Source of the DNA: Acidobacteriota bacterium
Lineage (GTDB): Bacteria; Acidobacteriota; Thermoanaerobaculia; Gp7-AA8
Direction: 5' to 3'
NCBI GenBank assembly: GCA_019244185.1
Contig: JAFATB010000015.1
Span: 25,109-89,108 of the forward strand
DNA: 64,000 nucleotides
A program made the position numbers and the translations under genes. Position 1 is the first letter of the stretch, and each line of letters opens with the position of its first letter. The notes below the pieces were generated by a model, which saw only the letters and a program-made list of their open reading frames with translations, was not told the origin of the DNA and searched no databases. Shown here in pieces: positions 31,508-40,845 of the stretch.

Positions 31508-32096
31508 ACGCGGGATGCTCGCGGATCAGCCGCATCGACTCCGCGAACAGCGCGGCGTGCTCCGGCTTGTTCATCCACGTCGAGCGTCCCGACGGATGCG
31601 GCAGCACGACGACGTCGAACGAATGTCCCGCGCGCGTCACGCGATGCATGCGGCCGACGGACTGCTTCAGTTCCGCGATGCCGACGAGCTGCTTCGCGGA
31701 AAGCGTTCCGACGGAGATGACGAGCTCGGGCCGCAGGAGGCGCAGCTCGCGGTCGAGATGCGCGCCGCAGTTCGCGATCTCGGTCGCGTCCGGCACGCGG
31801 TCGCCGCCGTTCTTGAGATCGCGTCCGGGAAAGCAGCGGATGACCGAGCCGATGTGCACGCGCGCGCGGAAGTCGGCTTCCTCGATGCCGAGGTGCTCGG
31901 CGATCCAGGCGAAGAGCCGCTTGCCGGCGGTATAGGCGAACGGCCGCTTGTAGTCGGCCTCGCGCGGACCGGGCGCTTGCCCCACGAGCATCACGCGCGC
32001 GTCGCCGCACGCGCCGGTGACCGGCTCGCCGAAGACGTTCGGGCAGGCGCGGCAGGCATAGAGCGCCTCCAGATGAGCTGCAAAGTCGCGATTCAT
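31446..32096 (-). CDS. Uracil-DNA glycosylase family protein (Fe-S type)
   Basis: CRAC, VGQAPG, RCFPG, NC and LPHPSG motifs. Confidence 0.88.
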   Translation of the reverse strand: MNRDFAAHLEALYACRACPNVFGEPVTGACGDARVMLVGQAPGPREADYKRPFAYTAGKRLFAWIAEHLGIEEADFRARVHIGSVIRCFPGRDLKNGGDRVPDATEIANCGAHLDRELRLLRPELVISVGTLSAKQLVGIAELKQSVGRMHRVTRAGHSFDVVVLPHPSGRSTWMNKPEHAALFAESMRLIREHPAFSAAPEKSSGYSAKSRARRR

Positions 32097-32117
32097 ACGC
32101 TACGATCCACGCAAACA

Positions 32118-32858
32118 ATGCGGCGCCTCGGAATCGTCCTGCTGTGCCTCTTCCCCCTCACCGCGCACGCGTGGACGCGCGCTTCCGACGAACGCATCGC
32201 GCAGAAAGGCGCCGCGCTCGCGCCGCCCGACCTGCGCGCCCTCATCGAGCGCTTCGAGCCGGAGTACAAACAGGGACTCGAACGCGCGCTCGCCGACGAA
32301 GGCTCCGACACGCATCACTACTTCGTCCTCTCACGCGAAGGACGCCTGCGCGAGCGCCTCGAACGCGAGACGCAGAAAGCGATCGCCGACATTCGCAAGG
32401 GCGAGCCGCTCGGCCTCGTCATCGAACGTCTGGGCGGACTCGCACATCTCGTCGCCGACGCGAACAATCCCTTCCACGTCGCCAACGACGACGTGCGCCT
32501 CGGCGCCTCGCGCGCCGATTTCGAACAGTACTTCGAGCGGCGCCTCACGAAGTTCCCGACCGTCTTCTACGGACTTGACCCGCAGTTCCGCCTCGGCACC
32601 TATCTCGACCGCACGTTCGCGCGCACCGCGAAGTTCTATCCGCTGATGAGCGAGGAGTACTTCCGCGGCGGCACGGCGCATACGTCGAACGATTTCGACG
32701 ACCGGTCGACGGCGTTCGGCGTCGCGGCCGTCTGCTACTCGCGCGCGGTCACGGACCTCGTCAACCTCTACTACTTCATCTGGAAGGAAGCCGGCGGCGA
32801 CGTCCGCTCGGCCGCCGTCATGCGCGACGGCAATCTGTCGTTGCATGCAGAACATTGA
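32118..32858 (+). CDS. Secreted zinc phospholipase C / S1-P1 nuclease-fold protein
   Basis: Signal peptide ending AHA|W (mature N-terminal Trp); HLVADANNPFH resembles HxxxDxxxPxH. Confidence 0.6.
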   Translation: MRRLGIVLLCLFPLTAHAWTRASDERIAQKGAALAPPDLRALIERFEPEYKQGLERALADEGSDTHHYFVLSREGRLRERLERETQKAIADIRKGEPLGLVIERLGGLAHLVADANNPFHVANDDVRLGASRADFEQYFERRLTKFPTVFYGLDPQFRLGTYLDRTFARTAKFYPLMSEEYFRGGTAHTSNDFDDRSTAFGVAAVCYSRAVTDLVNLYYFIWKEAGGDVRSAAVMRDGNLSLHAEH

Positions 32859-34338
32859 GCGGGCAATCCTCTCCGTCTCCGACAAGACCGGCATCCTCGA
32901 GCTCGCGCAGGCGCTGACCGCGCGGGGCGTCGAGATCCTCTCCACCGGCGGCACCGCGAAGCATCTCGCCGACGCCGGCGTTCCCGTGACGCCGATCGCG
33001 CAGTGGTCCGGCGCGCCGGAGATTCTCGGCGGACGCGTGAAGACGCTGACGCCGAAAGTCTTCGGCGCGATCCTGCACGACCGCGCGAACGACGCGCATC
33101 TCGCCGACGTCGCGCGCCTCGGCATCCCGCGCGTCGATCTCGTCGTGGTGAATCTCTATCCGTTCGAGTCGACGATCGCAAAAGAAGGCGTCACGCTCGC
33201 CGAAGCGGTCGAACAGATCGACATCGGCGGCCCGTCGATGCTGCGCGCCGCGGCGAAGAACCACCGCCACGTGCTGCCGCTGTGCGATCCGTCGCTGTAC
33301 GCCGACTTCCTGCGTGAATTCGAAGGCGGCGCGATCTCCGACGAGTTCCGGCTGCGCTGCGCGATCCGCGTCTTCGAGAAGACGAGCGCCTACGACGCCA
33401 CGATCGCGAGTTACCTTGGCGGCAACGCGTCGCTCTCGCTGCAACTCGACAAGTTCCAGGACCTCCGCTACGGCGAGAACCCGCACCAGAGCGCCGGCTT
33501 CTACGTGCGCGCCGGCGAGCGGCCGTTCGCGCAGTTGCAGGGGAAAGAGCTCTCGTACAACAACCTGCTCGATCTCGACTCGGCGATCCGTCTCGCGAAC
33601 GCGTTCGGCGAGCCCGCGGCCGCGGTCATCAAGCACACGAATCCGTGTGGCGTCGCGCGGCGCGACACCCTCGCCGAGGCGCTGCGCGCGGCGATCGAAG
33701 CCGACCCGGTGTCGGCGTTCGGCGGCATCATCGGCGCGAACCGCACGTTCGACGGCGACTGCGCGCGCGCCGTCGCCGAGCTCTTTCTCGAAGTGATCGT
33801 CGCGCCGGAGTTCGACGACGAGGCGCGCGAGCTGCTCGCGAAGAAAAAGAACCTGCGCCTCGTCACGACGGCCGGCGCGGCGCCCGCGCACGAACTGCGC
33901 TCCGCCGCCGGCGGCATCCTCATGCAATCGACCGATCGCCTCGGCGGACGCGACGCATGGAAAGTCGTGACCGAACGCCAGCCCACGAGCGAGGAGCTCG
34001 ACGGACTCGAATTCGCGTGGATCGTCTGCGCGCACGTGAAGTCGAACGCGATCGTGCTCACGCGGCAGTCGCAGTCGTCGGGCATCGGCGCCGGACAGAT
34101 GAGCCGCGTCGACGCCGCGAAGGTGGCGATCATGAAGTCGCTCCTCGGTACCGACGGCACGTTCGCGGCGTCGGATGCGTTCTTTCCGTTTCGCGACGGA
34201 CTCGATCTCCTCGCCGACGCCGGCGTGCGCGCGGTGATTCAACCGGGCGGCTCGGTGCGCGACGTGGAAGTCATCGCCGCGGCGAACGAGCGCGGATTGA
34301 CGATGGTCTTTACCGGCGAGCGTCACTTCCGGCACTGA
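32845..34338 (+). CDS. purH: Bifunctional AICAR transformylase/IMP cyclohydrolase
   Basis: SVSDKTG, GRVKTL, IDIGGPSM, LRYGENPHQ, KHTNPCG, SDAFFPF and RHFRH motifs. Confidence 0.97.
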   Translation: MQNIERAILSVSDKTGILELAQALTARGVEILSTGGTAKHLADAGVPVTPIAQWSGAPEILGGRVKTLTPKVFGAILHDRANDAHLADVARLGIPRVDLVVVNLYPFESTIAKEGVTLAEAVEQIDIGGPSMLRAAAKNHRHVLPLCDPSLYADFLREFEGGAISDEFRLRCAIRVFEKTSAYDATIASYLGGNASLSLQLDKFQDLRYGENPHQSAGFYVRAGERPFAQLQGKELSYNNLLDLDSAIRLANAFGEPAAAVIKHTNPCGVARRDTLAEALRAAIEADPVSAFGGIIGANRTFDGDCARAVAELFLEVIVAPEFDDEARELLAKKKNLRLVTTAGAAPAHELRSAAGGILMQSTDRLGGRDAWKVVTERQPTSEELDGLEFAWIVCAHVKSNAIVLTRQSQSSGIGAGQMSRVDAAKVAIMKSLLGTDGTFAASDAFFPFRDGLDLLADAGVRAVIQPGGSVRDVEVIAAANERGLTMVFTGERHFRH

Positions 34339-34339
34339 G

Positions 34340-34876
34340 ATGGCCGACGCGACGAAGATCCGCCTCATCATCTCCGACGTCGACGGCGTTTGGACGGACG
34401 GCAAGATCATCTACGCCGGCGAACGCAACGAGATCAAGGAGTTCAACGTGCGCGACGGCCTCGGGGCGAAGCTCGCGCAGAAGGCGGGCATCACCATCGT
34501 GCTGCTGACGTCGCGCCGCTCGCATGCGCTCGAACGCCGCGCGCGCGAGCTCGGCATCCGGGAACTGCATCAGGGCGCGACGAACAAGCTCGAGGCGGCG
34601 GAGCGCATCGCGCTGCAGCACCAGGTCTCCTTCGACGAGATCCTTTACGCGGGCGACGACCTTCCCGACCTCGCGCCGATGTCGCGCGCCGCGATTTCCG
34701 CCGCGCCGTCGGACGCCGCTCCGGAAGTGCGCACGCTCGCGACGTGGAAGCTCGCCAGCGCGGGCGGCGGCGGCGCGTTCCGCGAGCTCGTCGAGCGCCT
34801 GCTGCGCGAGCGCGGCGACTGGGATGCGCTGGTGCGGGAGTTTCTCAGTGGCCGGCCCGACGCTGCGAGCATTTAG
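34340..34876 (+). CDS. kdsC: KDO 8-phosphate phosphatase (HAD family)
   Basis: DVDGVWTDG, FNVRDG, GDDLPD and GGGGAFRE motifs. Confidence 0.88.
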   Translation: MADATKIRLIISDVDGVWTDGKIIYAGERNEIKEFNVRDGLGAKLAQKAGITIVLLTSRRSHALERRARELGIRELHQGATNKLEAAERIALQHQVSFDEILYAGDDLPDLAPMSRAAISAAPSDAAPEVRTLATWKLASAGGGGAFRELVERLLRERGDWDALVREFLSGRPDAASI

Positions 34877-35762
34877 AACGCGCGTGCTGTATCGCGCGCT
34901 GGTCGCCGTCAGCGCGATCGGCCGCCGCATTCCGCTGCGCATCGGACGCGCGTGCGGCCGCGCGCTCGGCTCGCTCGCGAACCTCGTCGCGCGCAAGGAA
35001 CGCGCGAAAGCGCTCGCGAATCTCGCGATTGCGTTCCCCGACTGGACCGACGCGCAGCGCCGCGACACCGCGCGCGCGATGTTCCGCCACCTCGGCATGA
35101 CGCTCTTCGAGATCGCGTACTTGCCGAACGTCACCGCCGCGAATCAGCAGCGCACCACAATCGTCGAAGGCATCGAGCCACTGCTCGAACGCATCGACGA
35201 CGGCCGCGGCGTGATCGTCTTCACCGCGCACTGCGGCAACTGGGAATGGCTCTCGTACGTGACGGGACTCTACGGTCGTCCCGTGAGCGTGCTGCAGCGC
35301 GAGCGCGACTCGCCGCAGATGAACCGCTACATCACCGAGCTGCGCGCGCGCGCCGGCGTGCGTACGATCGACCGCGGCTCCGCGAGCTCCGCGCGCGAGA
35401 TGATCCAGAACCTGCGCCGCGGCGGCCTGCTCGCGTTCGTCGTCGACCAGAACATCCGCACCGAAAGTGTGAAGGTGCCGTTCTTCGGACGTCCCGCGCT
35501 GACGCCGATCGGCCCGGCGAAGCTCGCCGTGCGGACGGAAGCGGCGGTCGTGCCGGCGGTCATCGAACGCCGGCACGATGGGATGCAGCACGCACGCTTC
35601 CTCGCGCCGATCGAATGCAAGCGCGGCGACGATCCGGTCGCGCTCATCGCGCGCGTCACCGCGCTCATCGAAGAACAGATCCGCCGCGTGCCCGAGCAGT
35701 GGGTCTGGATGCACGATCGCTGGCGCGAGCGGCCGAAGTGGGACGTCAGCGACTCGCCCTGA
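34848..35762 (+). CDS. Lipid A late acyltransferase (LpxL/HtrB family)
   Basis: HCGNWE, DQ, VPFFG and PEQWVWMHDRW motifs; GTG start after GGGAG. Confidence 0.9.
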   Translation: MAGPTLRAFRTRVLYRALVAVSAIGRRIPLRIGRACGRALGSLANLVARKERAKALANLAIAFPDWTDAQRRDTARAMFRHLGMTLFEIAYLPNVTAANQQRTTIVEGIEPLLERIDDGRGVIVFTAHCGNWEWLSYVTGLYGRPVSVLQRERDSPQMNRYITELRARAGVRTIDRGSASSAREMIQNLRRGGLLAFVVDQNIRTESVKVPFFGRPALTPIGPAKLAVRTEAAVVPAVIERRHDGMQHARFLAPIECKRGDDPVALIARVTALIEEQIRRVPEQWVWMHDRWRERPKWDVSDSP

Positions 35763-37062
35763 CCTCCTCGGCGGCGAGCGGCCAGTCGCCGCGCATGAAG
35801 GTGCGGATCGCCGCGAAGACCGTTTCGGGATGATCGAGCCACGCCGCGTGCGCCGCGCCGGGAACGGAGACGAAGCGCGCGTTCGGCAGCGTCATCGCCC
35901 AATCGCGCCCGCCCGCGTAGACGGCATTGTGATCGTTCGTGCCGTGGATGGTCAGCACCGGCATGGCGATCTTCTTCAGTTCGTCCGCGCTCAGCGACGC
36001 GCCGGTGATCGTCGGCCAGAGCGCCTCGAAGTGCCGCGTGATGTTCGCGGTCTGCTCTCCTTCCGTGCCGCAGATCGCGGCGAGGTCGATGCGTTGCGCG
36101 CCGGCGGGATCGGTGACGAGCGCGTAGCGCATCACGTCGAGGTTTGCGGCGCAGAGCTCCTGCTGCGTCGCGTTCGCGTTGGCGCGCGCGGCGGTGCGTT
36201 TCTGCAGGACGTCGTCCGGCACGTGGATGCCGCTCTGGTCGGGCGCCGTGAATGCACTGTCGTGGTTCGCCGCGGGTCCGATCTGCACGAGACGCTCGAC
36301 GTGCTCGGGGTGCGCGGCCGCATACATCGCCACCATCTTGCCGAGGTAGGACCAGCCGACGGGCACGAACTTGTCGACCTTGAAGAACTGGCGCACGGTC
36401 TCGAGGTCGGCGACGTCGTTCTGGATGGTCAACGTCTTGACGTCTGCGACGTGCGACGAGCGGCCGCGGTCGCGCGGGTCGTACGCGATCACCGTCGCGA
36501 AGTCGGAGAACTGCCGGAACGCGTCGTACAGCCACGTCTCCAGCGGCACGATCATCGTGAACGGGCCGTCGCCGATGCGGCGGTAGTGCAGCTTCGCGCC
36601 GTCGGGCGTGGGGATGAAGCCTTCTTCGACTTTCGGATTGTTCTCCGGCAGCGCCGGCGCGCCGGAACCGCTGTCGAAGATGATCTTCCACGAGCCGTCA
36701 GCTTCCTTGCGCCAGACGGAGTTGTAGTTGCCGGTCAGGTTGCCCTGCGCGTCGTACACCGGTCCGGTCGACCAGCCGATCTTTCCGTCCGCCGACACCG
36801 CGACGCGCTCCGGGCCCCAGCGGAACGGCGCGGGACCGGTGAGGAGCCGCGACCAGCGGTCGACGACGGCCTGTTTGCCGTGCAGCGTGCGCAGGCTGAG
36901 GAACGTCGCGTCATCCGCGACCATCGAAAAGAAACGCGCCGCGTCGCGGTCGGCGAACGCTTTCGCGAACGCTATCTCGGTGGCCCGCACTTCCGACACC
37001 GCGTCGGCGAAGAGCGGGAATGCGAACAGACAGAGACCCACAACGGCCAGAAGTCGTTTCAT
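35746..37062 (-). CDS. Secreted NTF2-like (DUF4440) + alpha/beta hydrolase fusion
   Basis: Signal peptide; SVWRKEADGSWKIIFD NTF2-like end; YDPRDRGRS, GWSYLG, IHGTND and GAAH hydrolase motifs. Confidence 0.8.
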   Translation of the reverse strand: MKRLLAVVGLCLFAFPLFADAVSEVRATEIAFAKAFADRDAARFFSMVADDATFLSLRTLHGKQAVVDRWSRLLTGPAPFRWGPERVAVSADGKIGWSTGPVYDAQGNLTGNYNSVWRKEADGSWKIIFDSGSGAPALPENNPKVEEGFIPTPDGAKLHYRRIGDGPFTMIVPLETWLYDAFRQFSDFATVIAYDPRDRGRSSHVADVKTLTIQNDVADLETVRQFFKVDKFVPVGWSYLGKMVAMYAAAHPEHVERLVQIGPAANHDSAFTAPDQSGIHVPDDVLQKRTAARANANATQQELCAANLDVMRYALVTDPAGAQRIDLAAICGTEGEQTANITRHFEALWPTITGASLSADELKKIAMPVLTIHGTNDHNAVYAGGRDWAMTLPNARFVSVPGAAHAAWLDHPETVFAAIRTFMRGDWPLAAEEVRASR

Positions 37063-37209
37063 GAGCATCCTCCGGATTGTTGGTTGATGGATGAGATCCG
37101 CGCCGGGATCGACCTGCTTCGTATCGTACAGGCCACGCCGCGCCCACAGCAAGCGTCGCTCGGCACGGCAGCGATACGTTCCTGCCAACACGTCGTTACG
37201 AAACCACGG

Positions 37210-37944
37210 TCAGCGCGCTTTCGCGACCACGATCGCACAGACGCGGGCAGCGCCGGCGGCGAGCAGCGGCGACGCACATGCGCGCAGCGTCTCGCCGGTC
37301 GTGCAGATATCGTCGACGAGCAGCACGGACTTGCGCGCCGCGCGCGGCGACGCGTGAAACGCATCGCGCACGTTCGCCGCGCGCGCGTGCTTCGGGAGCG
37401 TCGACTGCGTGAGCCGCGAGGCGCGGCGCGTCAGCAGGCGTGCGTCGAACGGCACGTGCAAGCGGCGCGCGAGCGCACGCGCGAGAAGCCCGGCCTGGTT
37501 GTAGCCGCGGCGGCGCTGCTTCGCGCGCGCCATCGGCACCGCCACGATCGTGTCGAAGGCAAGATCGCCGCGCGCGTGCAGCGTCTCCGCGAGCAGCGCC
37601 GCGAGCGCGTCGTCGAGAAAATCGTGGTGCTCGAACTTCAGCGCGTGCAGCAGCCGTTCGAGCGTGCCGCGATATTCGCCGAACGCCTCGCACCAGTCGA
37701 GCGGCAGCGGCGCGGCGAGACAGCTCACGCAGAAATCCGCCTCGTTATACGGCAGCGGCAGCGCGCAGGAGCGGCACTTCGCGCCGTCGATGCGCGGCAG
37801 CGACGACCAGCACGACGCGCAGCAGGAGGCGGTGCGCGCGCGCCATCCGAGGTCGTTTCCGCAGGCCGCGCACCACGAGGGCAGAACGATTCGGAGCGCG
37901 CCGCGTCCTACTAACGACAACGCGCTGGCGACCACATTCTGCAC
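37210..37944 (-). CDS. comF: ComF family protein (double zinc ribbon + phosphoribosyltransferase)
   Basis: Four CxxC pairs, RGYNQA, LLVDDICTTGET. Confidence 0.9.
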   Translation of the reverse strand: MQNVVASALSLVGRGALRIVLPSWCAACGNDLGWRARTASCCASCWSSLPRIDGAKCRSCALPLPYNEADFCVSCLAAPLPLDWCEAFGEYRGTLERLLHALKFEHHDFLDDALAALLAETLHARGDLAFDTIVAVPMARAKQRRRGYNQAGLLARALARRLHVPFDARLLTRRASRLTQSTLPKHARAANVRDAFHASPRAARKSVLLVDDICTTGETLRACASPLLAAGAARVCAIVVAKAR

Positions 37945-38006
37945 GCGCACATTGTATCGAGGAGCCTTCTTTGAAGAACGACAACCTGTTCGCTATAGTG
38001 CCGGCC

Positions 38007-38579
38007 ATGAAACGTGCCGCCTTTTTGCTCGCCCTCATTCTCGCGAGCGCACTCCCCGCGTTCGCGCAGTCGAATGAGGTCGGCGTCATCGTCGGCGGCA
38101 GCCGCCGCTTCATCGACAGCGCGCCGGCGCAGCCGGGCGACGAACTGCTCGACAGCAACTTCTCCTTCTCCAACAGCTCCGTCGACCTCTTCTGGGCGCT
38201 CGCCATCGACTCCGACACCGCCGTGCGCGTGAAGGTCGGCCGCATCGAAGGGCCGATTGCCGTCGAGACCGGCAGAATCGGCAACGAGCGCTCGCGCCGC
38301 GACGTCGAAGGCGAGATCCAGCACCTCGACGTGGCCACCGAGTACCGCTTCAGCGAAGCCTACGGCACCAGCGCGATCTTCGGCGGCGTCGGCTTCTACC
38401 GCCAGAGCGCGAGCGGTGCCGAGACGAAGAACAACTACGGCTTCAACGTCGGCGTGAACACCGACCTGCCGCTCTCGCGCCGCTACGGCGTCGTCGTCGA
38501 AGGAACGTACCACTGGATCCAGGGCGGTTTCCGCCCCCGTTTCCTCACCCTCGGCGCGGGCCTGCGCGTCTCGTTCTGA
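38007..38579 (+). CDS. Outer membrane beta-barrel protein
   Basis: Signal peptide AFA|Q, alternating beta strands, C-terminal GLRVSF. Confidence 0.85.
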   Translation: MKRAAFLLALILASALPAFAQSNEVGVIVGGSRRFIDSAPAQPGDELLDSNFSFSNSSVDLFWALAIDSDTAVRVKVGRIEGPIAVETGRIGNERSRRDVEGEIQHLDVATEYRFSEAYGTSAIFGGVGFYRQSASGAETKNNYGFNVGVNTDLPLSRRYGVVVEGTYHWIQGGFRPRFLTLGAGLRVSF

Positions 38580-38591
38580 CGGCGCCGTTTC

Positions 38592-38606
38592 TGGCGCCGT
38601 CATTGC
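38592..38606 (+). promoter_or_regulatory. Sigma54-type promoter upstream of the CBS gene, overlapping an inverted repeat
   Basis: TGGCGC-CGTCA-TTGC; overlaps dyad TGACGGCGCC/GGCGCCGTCA (38577-38602). Confidence 0.55.
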
Positions 38607-38651
38607 TCTTCTTTCTCCGGTTGTACGACACAACCTGACGAAGGAGGAATC

Positions 38652-39113
38652 ATGGCTCAGGAACGAAACCAAGGCTCGGACTCGCGCCACGTGCGCGACG
38701 TGATGACACCCAATCCCGAATGCGTGTCGGAGAAGGACAGCATTCGCGACGTTGCGCGGATCATGCGCGACGAAGACACCGGGGTCGTCCCGGTCGTCGA
38801 CGGGAAGAAGGTCATCGGCCTCATCACCGATCGCGACATCGTCGTGCGCGGCCTCGCCGAGGGTAAGGATCTCGGCAACGCGCGCGTCAACGAATTCATG
38901 ACCAAGCAGGTGCGCAGCGTGCGCGAGGACGACTCCGTCAACGACGCGCTGCAACTCATGACCGGCGCGGAGATCCGCCGCGTGCCGGTCGTCAACCGCA
39001 ACGATGAGATCGTCGGCATCGTGTCGCTCGGCGACATCGCCAGCGACTCGGGCCAGCCCGGCAAGGTCGGCCGCGCCGTCGAGGACATCTCCGAGGCGCC
39101 GCCCAACAACTAG
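38652..39113 (+). CDS. CBS domain protein
   Basis: VRDVMT, GLITDRDI, IRRVPVV and GIVSLGD motifs; AGGAGG RBS. Confidence 0.93.
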   Translation: MAQERNQGSDSRHVRDVMTPNPECVSEKDSIRDVARIMRDEDTGVVPVVDGKKVIGLITDRDIVVRGLAEGKDLGNARVNEFMTKQVRSVREDDSVNDALQLMTGAEIRRVPVVNRNDEIVGIVSLGDIASDSGQPGKVGRAVEDISEAPPNN

Positions 39114-39134
39114 CGGCAGCAGCGTTGATCTCTC

Positions 39135-39168
39135 ACGCCGGCCGCGCACCCCGCGCGGCCGGCGTTTT
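39135..39168 (+). terminator. Intrinsic terminator
   Basis: ACGCCGGCCGCGC-ACCCC-GCGCGGCCGGCGT followed by TTT. Confidence 0.75.
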
Positions 39169-39210
39169 CATGCAGGAATGTCGCGCCCGCTCGGCATCGT
39201 TCCGACGCGC

Positions 39211-40269
39211 GTGAAACGCACCGTTCTGCTCTGCCTGACGCTCGCGGCGACGCCGCTCTTCGCGGTCGACGTCGATCCGAAGCTCGAGAAGATCATCCGC
39301 GAGGCGCTGCCGGTCTGCGCCGACACCACGGTCAAGTTCGAAGAGCTCCCCGTCAAGCTGCCGCCGCGTTTCTCCGGCCTCGTCGTGCGCACCGAAAGCA
39401 AGCGCCACGCGTGCGAAGAGCAGCTCGTCAGCATCACCTCCCCCACCGGCGGCTTCTTCCTCGGCCAGCCGTGGCCGCTCGCCAATGAAGAAGGCGCGAA
39501 CGTCGAGGAGAAGCTGCGCAGCTTCACCTATCGCAACCTGCAGGAGAGCATCACGCCGGTCATCGACCGCACCATGAAGACCGACGACGGCCTCTATCGC
39601 GTCACGCTGCTCAGCACCACCGAGAACGGCAAGATGCCGATGGAAGGCACGCTCGATCCCGACGGCCGCGTCTTCTTCTTCGGCACCTTCCGCCACCTCG
39701 GCGGCGGCAGCGTCGCCGACCAGCGCGTGAAGGCGCTCGAGCCGATCGTCGCGCAGTCGCCGTCGAAAGGCGCGACGAATCCGGCGATCACCGTGCTCGA
39801 GTTCTCCGACTTCGAATGCCCGTCGTGCCGCCGCGCGTCCGGCTACATGGACGCGATCCTCGCCAAGCACGGCGACAAGGTGCGCTATGTCCGCTACGAC
39901 GTGCCGCTCAACGGACATCCGTGGGCGTTCGCCGCGGCGCTGGCCGGCCGCGCGATCCATCGCCAGAATCCCGAGCTCTTCTGGACGTTCAAGAAGCAGG
40001 TGTACGACAACCAGGAGAACCTCAACGCGTTCATGTTCTGGGACTGGGCGCGTGGCTTCGCGCAGGACCACGACCTCGATCTGAAGCGCTACGACGCCGA
40101 CCTCGGATCGCAGGAGATCAAAGACCTGCTGCTCAAGGGCGAAGGACTCGCGTTCGCCAACGACGTGCGCGCGACGCCGACCTACATGGTCAACGGCGTG
40201 CTCGTCGATGCGGGCGACGACGGCAGCGCTCTCGCCTCGTACATCGAGAAGGCGCTCGTCGCGAAGTAA
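39211..40269 (+). CDS. DsbA/thioredoxin family protein
   Basis: Signal peptide; EFSDFECPSC, HPWA and VRATPT cis-Pro motifs. Confidence 0.88.
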   Translation: MKRTVLLCLTLAATPLFAVDVDPKLEKIIREALPVCADTTVKFEELPVKLPPRFSGLVVRTESKRHACEEQLVSITSPTGGFFLGQPWPLANEEGANVEEKLRSFTYRNLQESITPVIDRTMKTDDGLYRVTLLSTTENGKMPMEGTLDPDGRVFFFGTFRHLGGGSVADQRVKALEPIVAQSPSKGATNPAITVLEFSDFECPSCRRASGYMDAILAKHGDKVRYVRYDVPLNGHPWAFAAALAGRAIHRQNPELFWTFKKQVYDNQENLNAFMFWDWARGFAQDHDLDLKRYDADLGSQEIKDLLLKGEGLAFANDVRATPTYMVNGVLVDAGDDGSALASYIEKALVAK

Positions 40270-40845
40270 TCAGAGCGCCTGCCACACCAGGTCGAGAAAC
40301 GCCTTCAGCATCCGCCCGGTGAGGCCCCAGATCTCGTAGTTGCTGTAGTGATAAAAGTACGCGGGATAGTTCTTGCCGCGGAACGGCACCGCGCGCACTT
40401 CGGGATTGCTGACGTCGAGCAGCGCCTCGAACGGCACCTCGAAGATCTCCACGACCTCCGCCTCCTGCATCACGTACTCGACCGGCTCGTGAATGACGCC
40501 GACGAACGGCGCGACGAGGAAGCCGCTGTGCGTGATGACGTCGTCGAGACGGCCGATCAGCTCGACCGCGTGCGGCGGAATGCCGACTTCCTCCTGCGCC
40601 TCGCGAATGGCGGCCTGCGGCAGCGACTCGCCGTTCTCGACCGAGCCGCCGGGAAACGCGATCTGGCCGCTGTGCGCGGCGAGGTTGTCGGAGCGGCGCG
40701 TGAAGAGGATCGACCAGCCGCCGCCCTCGTTGCGCACGAGCGGGATCAACACGCACGCGCGGCGATGCTGCGGCGCGTGGATCTCCGCGGCGGGGCGGCG
40801 TCCGAGGATGGCGCGGAGACGGGAGAGCGCGTCGTCATCGAACAT
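40270..40845 (-). CDS. Nudix CoA pyrophosphatase (NudL-like)
   Basis: HSGQIAFPGG...AAIREAQEEVG Nudix box; IWGLTG. Confidence 0.92.
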   Translation of the reverse strand: MFDDDALSRLRAILGRRPAAEIHAPQHRRACVLIPLVRNEGGGWSILFTRRSDNLAAHSGQIAFPGGSVENGESLPQAAIREAQEEVGIPPHAVELIGRLDDVITHSGFLVAPFVGVIHEPVEYVMQEAEVVEIFEVPFEALLDVSNPEVRAVPFRGKNYPAYFYHYSNYEIWGLTGRMLKAFLDLVWQAL

